Virus record (IMG/VR): IMGVR_UViG_3300032820_000001
Span: 127,134-191,133 of that record
Reading direction: 5' to 3' (one strand)
DNA length: 64,000 nt
Source: a virus
Shown: in pieces, positions 12,101 through 19,741 of the stretch
How the letters are laid out: each line of letters begins with the position of its first letter
Numbering within the stretch: position 1 is the first letter of the stretch
Translations under genes and position numbers: made by a program
The notes under the pieces: model-generated
What the model was told of the DNA's origin: nothing
What the model saw: only the letters and a program-made list of their open reading frames with translations
The model's database searches: none

Positions 12101-13805
12101 CTTTGGAGGCTGATTGGGCGCCCATTAAGTTGGCACTCACATTGAAACTCTCTTTTGCAGCCATTTCCAGAACCGAAAACTTATTTAAATATCTTAAACA
12201 GTTCCCGGTCTTGAGTGGGGAATCGTCGCTGAAAAGTTCTGGTTTAAGAAAGAGGTTTGCTATGAATTGGGGGCTAGCCTTGCCTGTTTTTTTTGAAATC
12301 CCGCCGTCATAACTGAATATAATTACTCCCTTAAAATTAAATTGTTTATCAGTTACAATTGTTGCTTGATACTTTGATTCAAATCTGGATTCAATAATAT
12401 CAGACACGTCAGAATTATTTTCTTGAAGTGCCTTAAGAATTTGATCTGGGACTTCTTTCAGTTGGCGTAAATCTCTTTTAAAATCATTTCCAAACGTATA
12501 TACCTGCTTACCTCTTTCCATATCCCCTTTTAGGCTTTGATCCAAATAAAGAAACAACTTCTCAATGCTTTGCATTTTAGAAGAGTAGTATTCCGCGAAT
12601 GGTTTTATCAACTCAAAACCCAGAGCGTCATCTTCCAATCTGCTTAATTTAAAATTCTTATCCAAAAGAGAAACTTTGTCTTGCAAGAGGTCTTCAGATA
12701 GAAGAGAATTTAAATTTATGAAATTAAAATCGAATACCGATGCGCCGGGGATGAGGAGACTTATCTCACGGGCTTGTTTAGTGGATTCGTGGATGGCGAT
12801 AACTCTTTTTTCATGTGCGGCCTCTTCCTCGTCTTCAATCCTTTGAGCTTCCTTTTCTACTTGTTCTGCGGTTAGTCTACGAATGGTAGCAAGGCCGGCT
12901 TGTTCTTCATCTGAGAGGAGTGTTTCGGGCTCAACATATGCGGTGCCATATAGGTCCTCAATTGCTTGTTGTATGCTGCCAGTATCTTGAAGATCAAGAT
13001 CAAGTCCATATCGCGGGTCTGTAAGTGAGAAAATCGTCTCTGCGTCGGCGTTGGCATATTCCCTTTCAAGATTATCGGCCAAGTTAAGATCACTGCTCAT
13101 GGCTGAAATATTGCTGGCCATTCGATACTCTCTCTGGTGGTAGCGTGGTGATTTTAACCTTGCCACCTGAGCCATTCTCTCTATTGATTGATTACTTCCT
13201 TGGAGAGTTGCTATTCTTTGGCTTTCACTTTCCGGAGTGATTACTTGCCGCGACCCGGATGGTTTTAAGAAGTGTTTTGCTAATTCTTCGTCGACCCAAA
13301 ACTCCGCTTCATACCAATCCAATGCACTGGAAAGGCCCTCGGCCATATCTTTATCAATTTTCGCTGCAGCTTCGGAATTTAGATTTTTTATTCTTTCAAG
13401 CCGGGCTTTTTCTTCGTCGGCCAATTGCGCCAAGGTAAGTGGTGTTACGGGCCCTTTGCGGGCGACTCCCTTGTTGAGACTTGTTACAAGGTCCACCTGC
13501 TGTAAAATATCTGACCACTTCTGATCAAATTTCATTTGGGAAAGTCTTCGTAAAATTTCTTCCCGCTTTTCTATCGCATCTTTTTCGACCAAAAAAGCCA
13601 ACTCTGTCCAAAACTTTTGGTTGTAAGCTCTCTCATCATCTTCGCGTTTCGCGGTGCGTTGCATCGCTATTTTCTTTTCGACTACCTCTACTGCAGCAAC
13701 AGCTTCACTGCTAGACAAACCAAAAAGATGCATTGCTGCACCAGCAAGGTGGGCATTTAAATTTTCTAAACGTTCTTCGTTTTCGTTTTCTGCGTCGGAG
13801 GCCAT
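6117..13805 (-). CDS. Very large (2562 aa) putative baseplate/structural protein with an internal LamG-like domain and a His-rich motif
   Basis: Long uninterrupted ORF between the putative spike and gp25. LamG-like segment about 10490-11150 (FSVSLLVR...FHQIGFSW...FAGQIDEICIF...WWRMGD). HYH/HTH/HVH motifs at about 7090-7250. Confidence 0.6.
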   Translation of the reverse strand: MASDAENENEERLENLNAHLAGAAMHLFGLSSSEAVAAVEVVEKKIAMQRTAKREDDERAYNQKFWTELAFLVEKDAIEKREEILRRLSQMKFDQKWSDILQQVDLVTSLNKGVARKGPVTPLTLAQLADEEKARLERIKNLNSEAAAKIDKDMAEGLSSALDWYEAEFWVDEELAKHFLKPSGSRQVITPESESQRIATLQGSNQSIERMAQVARLKSPRYHQREYRMASNISAMSSDLNLADNLEREYANADAETIFSLTDPRYGLDLDLQDTGSIQQAIEDLYGTAYVEPETLLSDEEQAGLATIRRLTAEQVEKEAQRIEDEEEAAHEKRVIAIHESTKQAREISLLIPGASVFDFNFINLNSLLSEDLLQDKVSLLDKNFKLSRLEDDALGFELIKPFAEYYSSKMQSIEKLFLYLDQSLKGDMERGKQVYTFGNDFKRDLRQLKEVPDQILKALQENNSDVSDIIESRFESKYQATIVTDKQFNFKGVIIFSYDGGISKKTGKASPQFIANLFLKPELFSDDSPLKTGNCLRYLNKFSVLEMAAKESFNVSANLMGAQSASKAFFGKEEYSECLNPNSWMANLPAGLAALTSNSYTDYIKFSKQFQRPNIMNAPGTEIEKKEKRANETKTDVSAFSKVVKGTVDAAQETAIDFMANDYIVSPKDSMIKYLSIDDAGEKEYLGLGKPKEAEWIIAGGHGTPQLSERSLKEREKISPGFAEREENRKDSPLAILSRDYSFTGEGLLGLNKGLEATFKESYDKYGNALTLLEGKVIKVPKAGLGSSFGGMLDVGSGMFKGVGEMDYGKIWKEALLDPFISKVCPNTLPKRIIECLMPSDCKEIIKWIGLWRTRDMVENFANLDVFDDRNGIMAALEQWDEAVSEGYNFKAVSFNGDGLLKSGDFDPKDLYTNGPDKFSVSLLVRTTTMANIANGIPNQREVNAGYTKFIFSHEDTFAIKKTSKGNISVVLKSADGKTAEYSSSGEADIFDGKFHQIGFSWVGSIGELVLIIDGREVKTKLIRGSRIRGPLAVKDPGSKIIVASEKATKSSKGFAGQIDEICIFPYVLPNEDWRTLAKIESDKNLNSYGLSVKASAWWRMGDSVGDRLSTGAIDDVEGQIIDRISSIDLTPLSVTSNNPSTFTSSSEPSPAKSVAAMKNSDQFIIVARLFKLADEDKFIDILNRNVDLAKLCAMIVKFINDLVEFGMDPEATIEDIKNMFKMPKFAKDPYLNVGMFIEKTVITNLIKTLSDFLLDMLEEYILNCQNWKQLLQGLTKGALAGGDVGAAWNDAFGDAMGDNSLLKLLRGEAGDDLMKDLYNFTEESMEFVKSSVKVTGAGGVAGAPGTPVTLNLGDVVWSEEAFAAEETYAYPGGPGEPDLQLSIQDTSTSLLDRNTTIEIIRKTTDTLEPDESLQLLGGTASDAVIGKVKDIVRDNFTKSSSTVNINTIPTIFGSFGEALGARAAINQLTQMADILSANFPVSDDPCPPGKNFRDVYGQGLSPMAAAKAKALAQRIFDFSENSTSPNACPTPTPLSDFEKRALSKTISDVFSSVLLAYDSDLLLYRLGLTSVDEKTRQIKKVFWKEEKIHRDVYDNASNKMVSKVIEIEETQINPEFRTVVDQGFVPTNFLGQIDGTKAGGVVETDWFAWGWPEKRPPRSVQEDEDVRNLGPGKALGPYTDYTEEYATVAEPVVKLGGESTKALEKANLNFSMSDDLSGDSAAYFADRTNTTSNRGYKNILSKSKTSLLSAPTHLQGIATLLEDSYSTITHGTRYGSALDGKKSVKFEKKGADPFSFDASIDFSLSADLRKKIADAGYDEGANAECDDDLPDNLKYTPQENVFEFVVNQTSPNLQLSPEDLKTTVYDNIYREALTAMLFKVSDSPLLKTVPGTNDGHGGELVGLNFIKINTTPRLIDMESFSEQVSEDYSTLLSCPDKLDEAPLYKALKTSVPRILARIYLVDLILRGIIPFSQLFFSKKDAVIKEFIIKNLKRDMGLFLTGDNPNGVKAKIVQQFNYLADTGHIDESSLDEESFRSNWEDAMGYFLEDEFDFVANRIKEVVHGKCIDKQDSSADGVNKNMYDDIIRYAKVESANLNVKNYMVTKPTKRFPNGEKIENYFINKNNEDDIDRIGISLSYSYNDQEVILSLIEEDWESVKENLDINLDGTACEDRALYPSSGVTTEGDGHYHQYEIDENGNGRTTSTQGSGPPHTHGIFNYTVVPLTGPDENVKHVHALAKNPDKSDVSGATIKFQIQGHMEKALVADDNFKIMFDYCFDLRDVSSLVLIYTLLVAENQLMSRAFNGTKKAILDMFVWLWKDGPSADPCNTDVTSSKSPDFGALLPDLGNFMNNPQALLMFILAPLLTFRGWTKTFDPHVFITTSIMDVMNMPINPIWRWENVPDPLNDFELKCIEVPTWPGTRLIDDLTLPNSPENPIGTHFVLNGITVEGGVATLVTFAPCAFGSPPFPPTPFGFWYYLLVMPLIWLIRDLPRLLDLLLEDPNGQMLLQSIGLNANGELTCDDTDEGSQESSDPVDGQDGSKCPVPKTFNDTIIDVSSSEC

Positions 13806-13810
13806 ACTAA

Positions 13811-13818
13811 TAAATACT
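13811..13818 (-). promoter_or_regulatory. Candidate late-promoter motif AGTATTTA
   Basis: Lies 6 nt upstream of the ATG of the 2562-aa gene. Confidence 0.55.
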
Positions 13819-13820
13819 CT

Positions 13821-14864
13821 CTAGTCTAGTTTGTGGTGGGTGCTGGCAAACTTTGGAAGTCTTATTTGTTTGTCGGAAGGGCGTTTGCGGCCTTGTAATT
13901 GATCTAAAACTCCCTGGCCGGCTTCTGAGTTCATTGCTCCCAATTCCGCCAGAGACCACGATTTCATTTCGGCCTGAAGGAATCTTCCCTCTTCCATGAT
14001 TTCAGTCCAACCTTCCAGAGAACACTTACCAAGAGCTTGGGGGTTTCCGGGGTCTGGTACATCTGGTGTACCGTAAAAGGGAGACATGTGAGTTTCCATT
14101 GCCACCTTAGTATTAAAGTGGCCCTGAGCAGTCTGCAAGTTCACAACCATGTTTTCTATTCTCGTCATAAACTCAAGCATTTTTAATAAAGTGTCAGATA
14201 GTGCATTTGCTTTGACCATTGGTTCCAATCGGCCTCCGGCTACCAATTGAACACCTATCTTTCCGGATGCATCACCATTAAAAGAGTTTCTCTGGTTGGG
14301 GTCTTGGTGAACCATTAATTTTATTCCGCCTGCTGCGTCGCGGGAGATAATTCTTACTGAATCGGCTTTTATTCCAACTGCGGAACGTTCAGAATAGCCG
14401 TCAGGGCTGGGGAGATCAAAAAGAGAATCGATGTCTGTTCGTTGACTCATATAAATCCTGGCTGCGTCGTTTGATGAAATTCCATAGGAATATTCTTCTT
14501 CTACGGGGGCTGCTCCAAAAAACTCTGCAACGGCTTCGATGGACCACTCTCCATCGCCTTGTGGTTTGAGATTAGCGTTCGGTGTTCGGCCGACAGCGAG
14601 GTCAATCATTCCTACTCCAGTATCGACTGTTGGTTTGCCATACTCGCGACCAAGAACAATGCTTGAATTATTTTGGGTTTCAAATACTTTCTCCCAAGAT
14701 TTCTTTACGGGAGTTACTAGCGGGCAAATTTCATTTGCCAGGGAATTGATATATTTTAACTTCCTGTCTTGCTCTGTGTTGCCAGTATTTGCAAAGGGTT
14801 GTTCTTTTGCCTTGTTCGTTGTTGGACTTGTTTGTACTGGTGTAACTGGTTCGTTTTTTGGCAT
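13821..14864 (-). CDS. Putative baseplate hub/central spike-related protein (gp5-like position)
   Basis: 347 aa. Beta-rich segment DAARIYMSQRTDID...SAVGIKADSVRIISR. The call rests mainly on gene position in the baseplate module. Confidence 0.45.
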   Translation of the reverse strand: MPKNEPVTPVQTSPTTNKAKEQPFANTGNTEQDRKLKYINSLANEICPLVTPVKKSWEKVFETQNNSSIVLGREYGKPTVDTGVGMIDLAVGRTPNANLKPQGDGEWSIEAVAEFFGAAPVEEEYSYGISSNDAARIYMSQRTDIDSLFDLPSPDGYSERSAVGIKADSVRIISRDAAGGIKLMVHQDPNQRNSFNGDASGKIGVQLVAGGRLEPMVKANALSDTLLKMLEFMTRIENMVVNLQTAQGHFNTKVAMETHMSPFYGTPDVPDPGNPQALGKCSLEGWTEIMEEGRFLQAEMKSWSLAELGAMNSEAGQGVLDQLQGRKRPSDKQIRLPKFASTHHKLD

Positions 14865-14867
14865 TTA

Positions 14868-16079
14868 TTAATCTCCTTCGTAAGCGGCGGGGCCTTCTCT
14901 TTCTTGGGTGCGTTTTTGTTCTTCCTTGTGTTTTGTGATTCGGATTCCCTCTGAGGGGTCTGCGCCGCCTTCGTCCGAACAGTAAGGGACACCAGCGGCG
15001 TTGTTGCCGTACTGGGCCTGTGCTGTTTCAAATCCCTGGAATTTCAGGGCCACATGATATAACGACCTCTTCTTTAAAACAAAGGGCTTTGGGTTTAATT
15101 TTTTTAATTCTGCGCCGATGTTGCTCCACTGCTCCTCCGAATAGGGGCTGCGAGGTATATCAAAAGCAAGCCCTCTAAGGTGGTAAGAGCCCAGCGTTTT
15201 GCCTTCTTCTGGTTCGATACCGCCGACCCTTGTGTTTTCTGACGCCGTTCGGAAGCCAGAAGAAATTCTTATATTTAGCCCTGTTTTGTTTGCCAACTGC
15301 TCTATTATCCCCTTCGTCTCCGGGGTTAAGCATGCCCAATTAACTTTCTTCGAATAAAGAGAAATACTCCCCTTTCCGACCTTCTTATTTGTTTTTACGG
15401 GGGAACCATTCTTGTCGGTGAAGAAATCGGCGTTGCCCTCTAATGAAGAATAATCAGGGGGAATGTTATTTCCGCCTGTTGGGTTTCCAATTGTTGCAGA
15501 TGGGTCGAGTGGTTTAATTAAAAATCGGCCCTCTATGTTATCGTGATAGGCATAAACGTAATCATTGACGGCGGGGGGTTGTTCATTGTCAACAATCTTA
15601 TATATCCCCTCCGGTAAAAGGCCAAGCAAAATATTTCTCTTTTTTGCTTGAGGTGATTCTTTTTCTTTTTCTTTCTTAAATTCTTCGCCGCCGACGCCGG
15701 CCATTGACATTTTCAACTCATCCGACTCGCTTCCCACAGAGTGGCCCTCGTAACCTGTTCCGCCTTCTGCGAGAACGCGGGTTTGCGAGCCGTCAATATC
15801 TGGAAGAATTTGTCCTCCGAACACTTGGCCATCGAGCTTCTCTAGGATTTTTATTCTATAAAGTTGACATTTAACGCCCTTTTCTTTCGATAAAACATAA
15901 AGAGGTATTTCTAGATCGGCCTGATCATAACAAAGGCTTTTAACTTGTGCAATATACTGCTTACTATAGTCTACGGCGCTGGCATCTTGGCCAACTTCAA
16001 TTTGACTATCGTTTACAATCTTTCTTAGGGCACGAGCCTTACTTGGTGGCTGCCTTGTCTTAACGGTAGAGGCGACCAC
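14868..16079 (-). CDS. Baseplate-associated protein with a C-terminal peptidase M15 (LAS-type Zn peptidoglycan peptidase) domain
   Basis: ISSGFRT...N..VGG...SYHLRGLAFDI...HVAL supplies the H, D and H zinc ligands of M15 peptidases. Confidence 0.75.
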   Translation of the reverse strand: MVASTVKTRQPPSKARALRKIVNDSQIEVGQDASAVDYSKQYIAQVKSLCYDQADLEIPLYVLSKEKGVKCQLYRIKILEKLDGQVFGGQILPDIDGSQTRVLAEGGTGYEGHSVGSESDELKMSMAGVGGEEFKKEKEKESPQAKKRNILLGLLPEGIYKIVDNEQPPAVNDYVYAYHDNIEGRFLIKPLDPSATIGNPTGGNNIPPDYSSLEGNADFFTDKNGSPVKTNKKVGKGSISLYSKKVNWACLTPETKGIIEQLANKTGLNIRISSGFRTASENTRVGGIEPEEGKTLGSYHLRGLAFDIPRSPYSEEQWSNIGAELKKLNPKPFVLKKRSLYHVALKFQGFETAQAQYGNNAAGVPYCSDEGGADPSEGIRITKHKEEQKRTQEREGPAAYEGD

Positions 16080-16373
16080 TTATTCGACCCCCTGAATTAA
16101 CTCGAATAGATCTTCCTTCTCCTCTCTCGATAATCCTTCGGGGCCGGCGTGGGCATTTGCTCGTTGAATAATTCCGGCGATTTTGACAATTTGCTCATTT
16201 GATCGCTGAAGAGTTTCAACATACTTGGCTGCAATTGTACCTGCCTCTACGTGTCGGTCATTAGACACGGAAATATAATCAATAAGATCATTAAGGAGGC
16301 GCTTGGTGACGTCGCGGTCTTCCGTGACATTCTCCAACGCTTGTTCAATTTGTTCTTCTAAATTTCTTGACAT
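16080..16373 (-). CDS. Hypothetical protein (97 aa, helical)
   Basis: ORF directly abutting both neighbours. Confidence 0.7.
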   Translation of the reverse strand: MSRNLEEQIEQALENVTEDRDVTKRLLNDLIDYISVSNDRHVEAGTIAAKYVETLQRSNEQIVKIAGIIQRANAHAGPEGLSREEKEDLFELIQGVE

Positions 16374-17093
16374 CTATATTTTTCCCTCGTCCCATTTGGC
16401 CTTAAAATTTTTATATCTGGTTCTCACCTTGTTAAGACTGCTAACGACTTGTTTTGTATTGAGACCTGTTATTTCTCTTATATAGAAGTAAATAGCTTTC
16501 TTATTGAAAATTTCAATTGCGTCTGGTTCGGAAAGAAGGATTCTAATTGCATCAATTACTTTCTTCTCGTTTGCCTTCGAAGCTAACTTATCCCACTCAT
16601 CAATTTCTCCCCACAAAGATTGCCAAAACTCGTGGCCTTCCCTGATTTCAAAATACATATTTGTGGTGGAGAGGTGCAGCTGCTCCATGTCTTTCGGCAT
16701 GTCGTCATAGTAGACCTCACGGCGATTTTGGAGTGCTGTTCGCTTGACTTTGTGGATGAACCAATTTTTTGTGATAACGGAAAAATAGGAAAACGCTTTT
16801 GATCCTTTTGACGGATCAAACTTATCTAAAATTGTTGTGAGCCAAACTTTACATTCGGCCTTTAAATCATCAATATTTGGGAGGTTTGTGAATTTATATG
16901 TATAAACAATTTTGTCAACCATCTCGTTGAAAGCGGGGTTGATAAGGTCTACATACAGTTTTGTCTTTACTTCCCGCGAATCGGAAAGGGCATATTGTAC
17001 AATTGCGTCTTCGTGATCTTTGGTAAAATAGGCTTTACCGCCGCCCCTGCTCATTCTCCGGCGCTTGACCTTCTTCTTCGTTGTTTTCGACAT
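16374..17093 (-). CDS. Phage RNA polymerase sigma factor (sigma70 region-2-like; putative late sigma)
   Basis: DDLKAEC...ILDKFDPSKGSKAFSYFSVITKNWFI resembles sigma region 2 (kFDp..g.kf.sY). C-terminal HTH-like segment IREITGLNTKQVVSSLNKVR. Confidence 0.7.
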   Translation of the reverse strand: MSKTTKKKVKRRRMSRGGGKAYFTKDHEDAIVQYALSDSREVKTKLYVDLINPAFNEMVDKIVYTYKFTNLPNIDDLKAECKVWLTTILDKFDPSKGSKAFSYFSVITKNWFIHKVKRTALQNRREVYYDDMPKDMEQLHLSTTNMYFEIREGHEFWQSLWGEIDEWDKLASKANEKKVIDAIRILLSEPDAIEIFNKKAIYFYIREITGLNTKQVVSSLNKVRTRYKNFKAKWDEGKI

Positions 17094-17373
17094 ATTCTTC
17101 AAACTCTCTTTCAGTTAGTGCGTATGCATTCTCACACTCTGTCAAGAAAGTTGATAAATGTCTTGTATGATCCAGAAGAACATGCAAGGTCTCGTCGCCA
17201 TAAAATGTATCTAATTCGTAGACATTGCTTAAATGTTCCTTATATCTTTCAACTTCTGACAGAATGTCTGATGTATTATCGGAAGCGAATAATATCTTCC
17301 TTAGAAGAAGATATCCGTACCATCCAAGAAAGATATTTAATAAAATAGACAAAACTAAAATTAACTCAATCAT
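17035..17373 (-). CDS. Hypothetical protein with an N-terminal transmembrane helix
   Basis: 112 aa; hydrophobic residues 1-25 followed by a coiled segment. Overlaps both neighbours. Confidence 0.65.
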   Translation of the reverse strand: MIELILVLSILLNIFLGWYGYLLLRKILFASDNTSDILSEVERYKEHLSNVYELDTFYGDETLHVLLDHTRHLSTFLTECENAYALTEREFEEYVENNEEEGQAPENEQGRR

Positions 17374-17626
17374 TGTTGTACTCCCGATTCACAAGATCTT
17401 TTCTTTCTTGTTTCAATTCCTCGCGAGCATCTTCGATAAATTCTTTTACTCTCCCGCCGGTGGTGCTGTCGTCAGCAATATCCATTCGGAGAAAATTAAA
17501 CGAAGGTATCCTCATGAGTGAGTTTATTGTATCACACTCAGAACAATCTTTAAGCTTTTCTTTCATGGAATGGATTATTTCTTTAACAAATCCGCACTCT
17601 TTGCATTCGTAAACGTATTTAGGCAC
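17366..17626 (-). CDS. FmdB-family zinc-ribbon protein
   Basis: MPKYVYECKECG...CSEC...LMRIPS matches the FmdB CxxC/CxxC pattern. Confidence 0.85.
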   Translation of the reverse strand: MPKYVYECKECGFVKEIIHSMKEKLKDCSECDTINSLMRIPSFNFLRMDIADDSTTGGRVKEFIEDAREELKQERKDLVNREYNND

Positions 17627-17816
17627 TCGTTTCCACCAATTTATCTTCTATTTTGTCTTCATCAACATGAATTGTTGGTGGGTTTGTTACGGAAAGCTCA
17701 TCTCCGTCAACTACAAAATCCAGCTCCTTAAGCAGTGGTACAATATCACTTTGTTCCATCAAGCACTTCTGCAGAACCATCATTAGCGTTCCAATTGATT
17801 GATTTGATAATTTCAT
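17619..17816 (-). CDS. Hypothetical protein (65 aa)
   Basis: ORF with a GGAG ribosome-binding site; overlaps the next gene. Confidence 0.65.
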   Translation of the reverse strand: MKLSNQSIGTLMMVLQKCLMEQSDIVPLLKELDFVVDGDELSVTNPPTIHVDEDKIEDKLVETSA

Positions 17817-17825
17817 AATATCTCC

Positions 17826-18413
17826 TTATGATTTATTGAATTGTTCTGCTAATTTTTTAACAGACCATTTAGAATTTCGTGAAAGCTTGGCATAGGTATC
17901 CAGTTCCTCTTTAAAGGTCAAAGGTCGATTTCTCACCCTAGTCATGAACTGATCTTCTTGGCCCATCTTCAAATCGCCAACCATGTGCCTATCCCCGTAG
18001 GGGGGAAAGTCGTTGGTTTCGCTCGTGCCAAAAAGGTAGGCACCTTCGGTGCCGACGGGAATAAAAAGAAAAGAATCCTGTCCGTACTCTTCAGATAAAG
18101 TAAACATCATCGTTTCGAACCCTGGATCGTCTGGGAGGTTTACGACAAAGAAACTCTCTTCTGATACCTCCATGGCTGCGGGTTTTGTAAAGTTTTCTAT
18201 ATATGAGCCCTTCACAGCCGTTACTCCATATCCTCTTTCCAGAAGGCGAGCTTTCAGAATCCGATTGGTCTCATAATTTTCTTTTGTTTCCCTGTCTCCT
18301 CGGAAACTTGTAATTATGGCCGTATCGTGTTCGAGCATGTGTGAGTATACCCTCGAAAGTGAGGACATCTCATTTAAGAATTTTTTCCAATTGTCGTGTA
18401 TTTTGTTTGTCAT
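17826..18413 (-). CDS. Phage protein, DUF3293-like, with leader MTNKIHDNWKKFLNE
   Basis: Core TAIITSFRG...N..LKARLLERGYGVTAVKGSYIE...EESFFV resembles DUF3293-type proteins. The N-terminal leader matches those at 33-37 kb. Confidence 0.55.
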   Translation of the reverse strand: MTNKIHDNWKKFLNEMSSLSRVYSHMLEHDTAIITSFRGDRETKENYETNRILKARLLERGYGVTAVKGSYIENFTKPAAMEVSEESFFVVNLPDDPGFETMMFTLSEEYGQDSFLFIPVGTEGAYLFGTSETNDFPPYGDRHMVGDLKMGQEDQFMTRVRNRPLTFKEELDTYAKLSRNSKWSVKKLAEQFNKS

Positions 18414-18422
18414 ATCGTTCTC

Positions 18423-19424
18423 CTACTTGAGAGTAGTTTTTAAAATTCTCCAACAAACCAAATATGGATCGCAATTGGAGGCAGGGCGTCTATCTTCTAA
18501 ATAGCCCTTCCCGTCTCTATTTACCTGCCATGGAATCCTAATTGATGCACCTCGATCTGAGACTCCTGCTCTGAAGGTATCAATGTCGCACGTTTCGTGG
18601 TCGCCTGTCAATCGTTTTTCGTTTCCGTTACCATACATAAAAATATGTTCCTTATGCATCTTCTCTAATTTGTCAATTGCTTCATGAATAAATTTAATTC
18701 CATTCTCTTCTCGCATGGCTTTGGTGGAGAAATTTGTGTGGCAACCTGCGCCGTTCCAGTCGCCTTCGACGGGCTTAGGGTCGAGTGATACGGTCAATCC
18801 CTTTTTGGCACAAATCTTTTCCATAAGCCACCGGGCCACCCACAAATCATCAGATACACGAAGAGGGTCTGCAGCTCCGATTTGGTATTCCCATTGGCCA
18901 AGCATTACCTCAGAATTGATACCGCCTATTTTGATACCACACTCAATGCACATGTCCAGATGGTAATGAGCAATTCCGTCGCCAATGTTTCTTCCGCAAT
19001 AATAATCACCTTGAGGGGGAGGCTCGCCATTGTGCCACCCAAGAGGCTGGCTACCTTTATAGAGAGTATATTCTTGTTCAATGCCAAACCAAGGATCGCT
19101 GGTATCGGATGCCGTAAAGGATTCTAAGACCTGTCGAGTGTTTGTTTTGTGGGGGTTGTCATCGACATTCCAGACCTCACATAAAACTAAATAACCAGAA
19201 TGATCCAGGGGGTTTTCATATACCCTAACTGGCTTTAAAACACAATCTGAGTCATTGCCTGCTGCCTGATTTGTTGAGGAACCATCGAAGCCCCAAATCG
19301 GGCAATCCTCCACCAAGGGGAAGTCTTCGAAGGTGCCGAAACTATCTTCAACAATTTTTGTTTTACTCCTCAGTGTCGGGGTTGGTTGTGTACCATCTGT
19401 CCATATATATTCTAATTTGGTCAT
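18423..19424 (-). CDS. glnII: Glutamine synthetase type II
   Basis: 333 aa with the full GSII motif set: EYIW.DG, WGFDGSST, WFGIEQEY, GINSEVMLGQWEYQIG, DWNGAGCHTNFST, RLTG.HET, RGASIRIP, GYLEDRRPASNCDPY. Confidence 0.95.
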   Translation of the reverse strand: MTKLEYIWTDGTQPTPTLRSKTKIVEDSFGTFEDFPLVEDCPIWGFDGSSTNQAAGNDSDCVLKPVRVYENPLDHSGYLVLCEVWNVDDNPHKTNTRQVLESFTASDTSDPWFGIEQEYTLYKGSQPLGWHNGEPPPQGDYYCGRNIGDGIAHYHLDMCIECGIKIGGINSEVMLGQWEYQIGAADPLRVSDDLWVARWLMEKICAKKGLTVSLDPKPVEGDWNGAGCHTNFSTKAMREENGIKFIHEAIDKLEKMHKEHIFMYGNGNEKRLTGDHETCDIDTFRAGVSDRGASIRIPWQVNRDGKGYLEDRRPASNCDPYLVCWRILKTTLK

Positions 19425-19738
19425 TTGCTATCTCCTGTAGGTTTGCCAAAAAAATCTTCTGTGTTCATATTTTTATCATCTATAAAGAGGTCATATTGAG
19501 GTTTCCCAAATTTCAATTCGTGGTATTGGACGCCCCAATCGTCGAATTGTCTTTCTGTTACTTTTCTCCAGTTTATTCCAGTTCCAGTTCCTCTTGCCGT
19601 CCAATAAATTATCGTATCTCCATTATCATACATTTTGTTTATTTTGTTAATGTTTTTCTTTATGGGAATGGCCTTTGAATAATCTCTGCTTTCCGGAGAA
19701 ACACAAATTGTTTCATCGATGTCAACGTAGATAATCAC
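19421..19738 (-). CDS. Small HAD-superfamily phosphatase (capsule-biosynthesis phosphatase type)
   Basis: Motif I YVDIDETI, motif II YWTARG, motif III/IV GKP.YDLFIDDK. Confidence 0.85.
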   Translation of the reverse strand: MIIYVDIDETICVSPESRDYSKAIPIKKNINKINKMYDNGDTIIYWTARGTGTGINWRKVTERQFDDWGVQYHELKFGKPQYDLFIDDKNMNTEDFFGKPTGDSK

Positions 19739-19741
19739 ATG

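Noticed and set aside
6724-13714. Many plus-strand ORFs of 60-160 aa opposite the large minus-strand genes (also at 37811-39607, 47265-52691 and 56431-63346)
   Set aside because: They are antisense shadows of long coding frames, with no recognisable motifs or ribosome-binding sites.
6117-13805. The 2562-aa protein as the tape measure protein
   Set aside because: It contains globular LamG and HxH segments, lacks the regular Ala/Gly-rich helical repeats of tape measures, and sits inside the baseplate wedge cluster.
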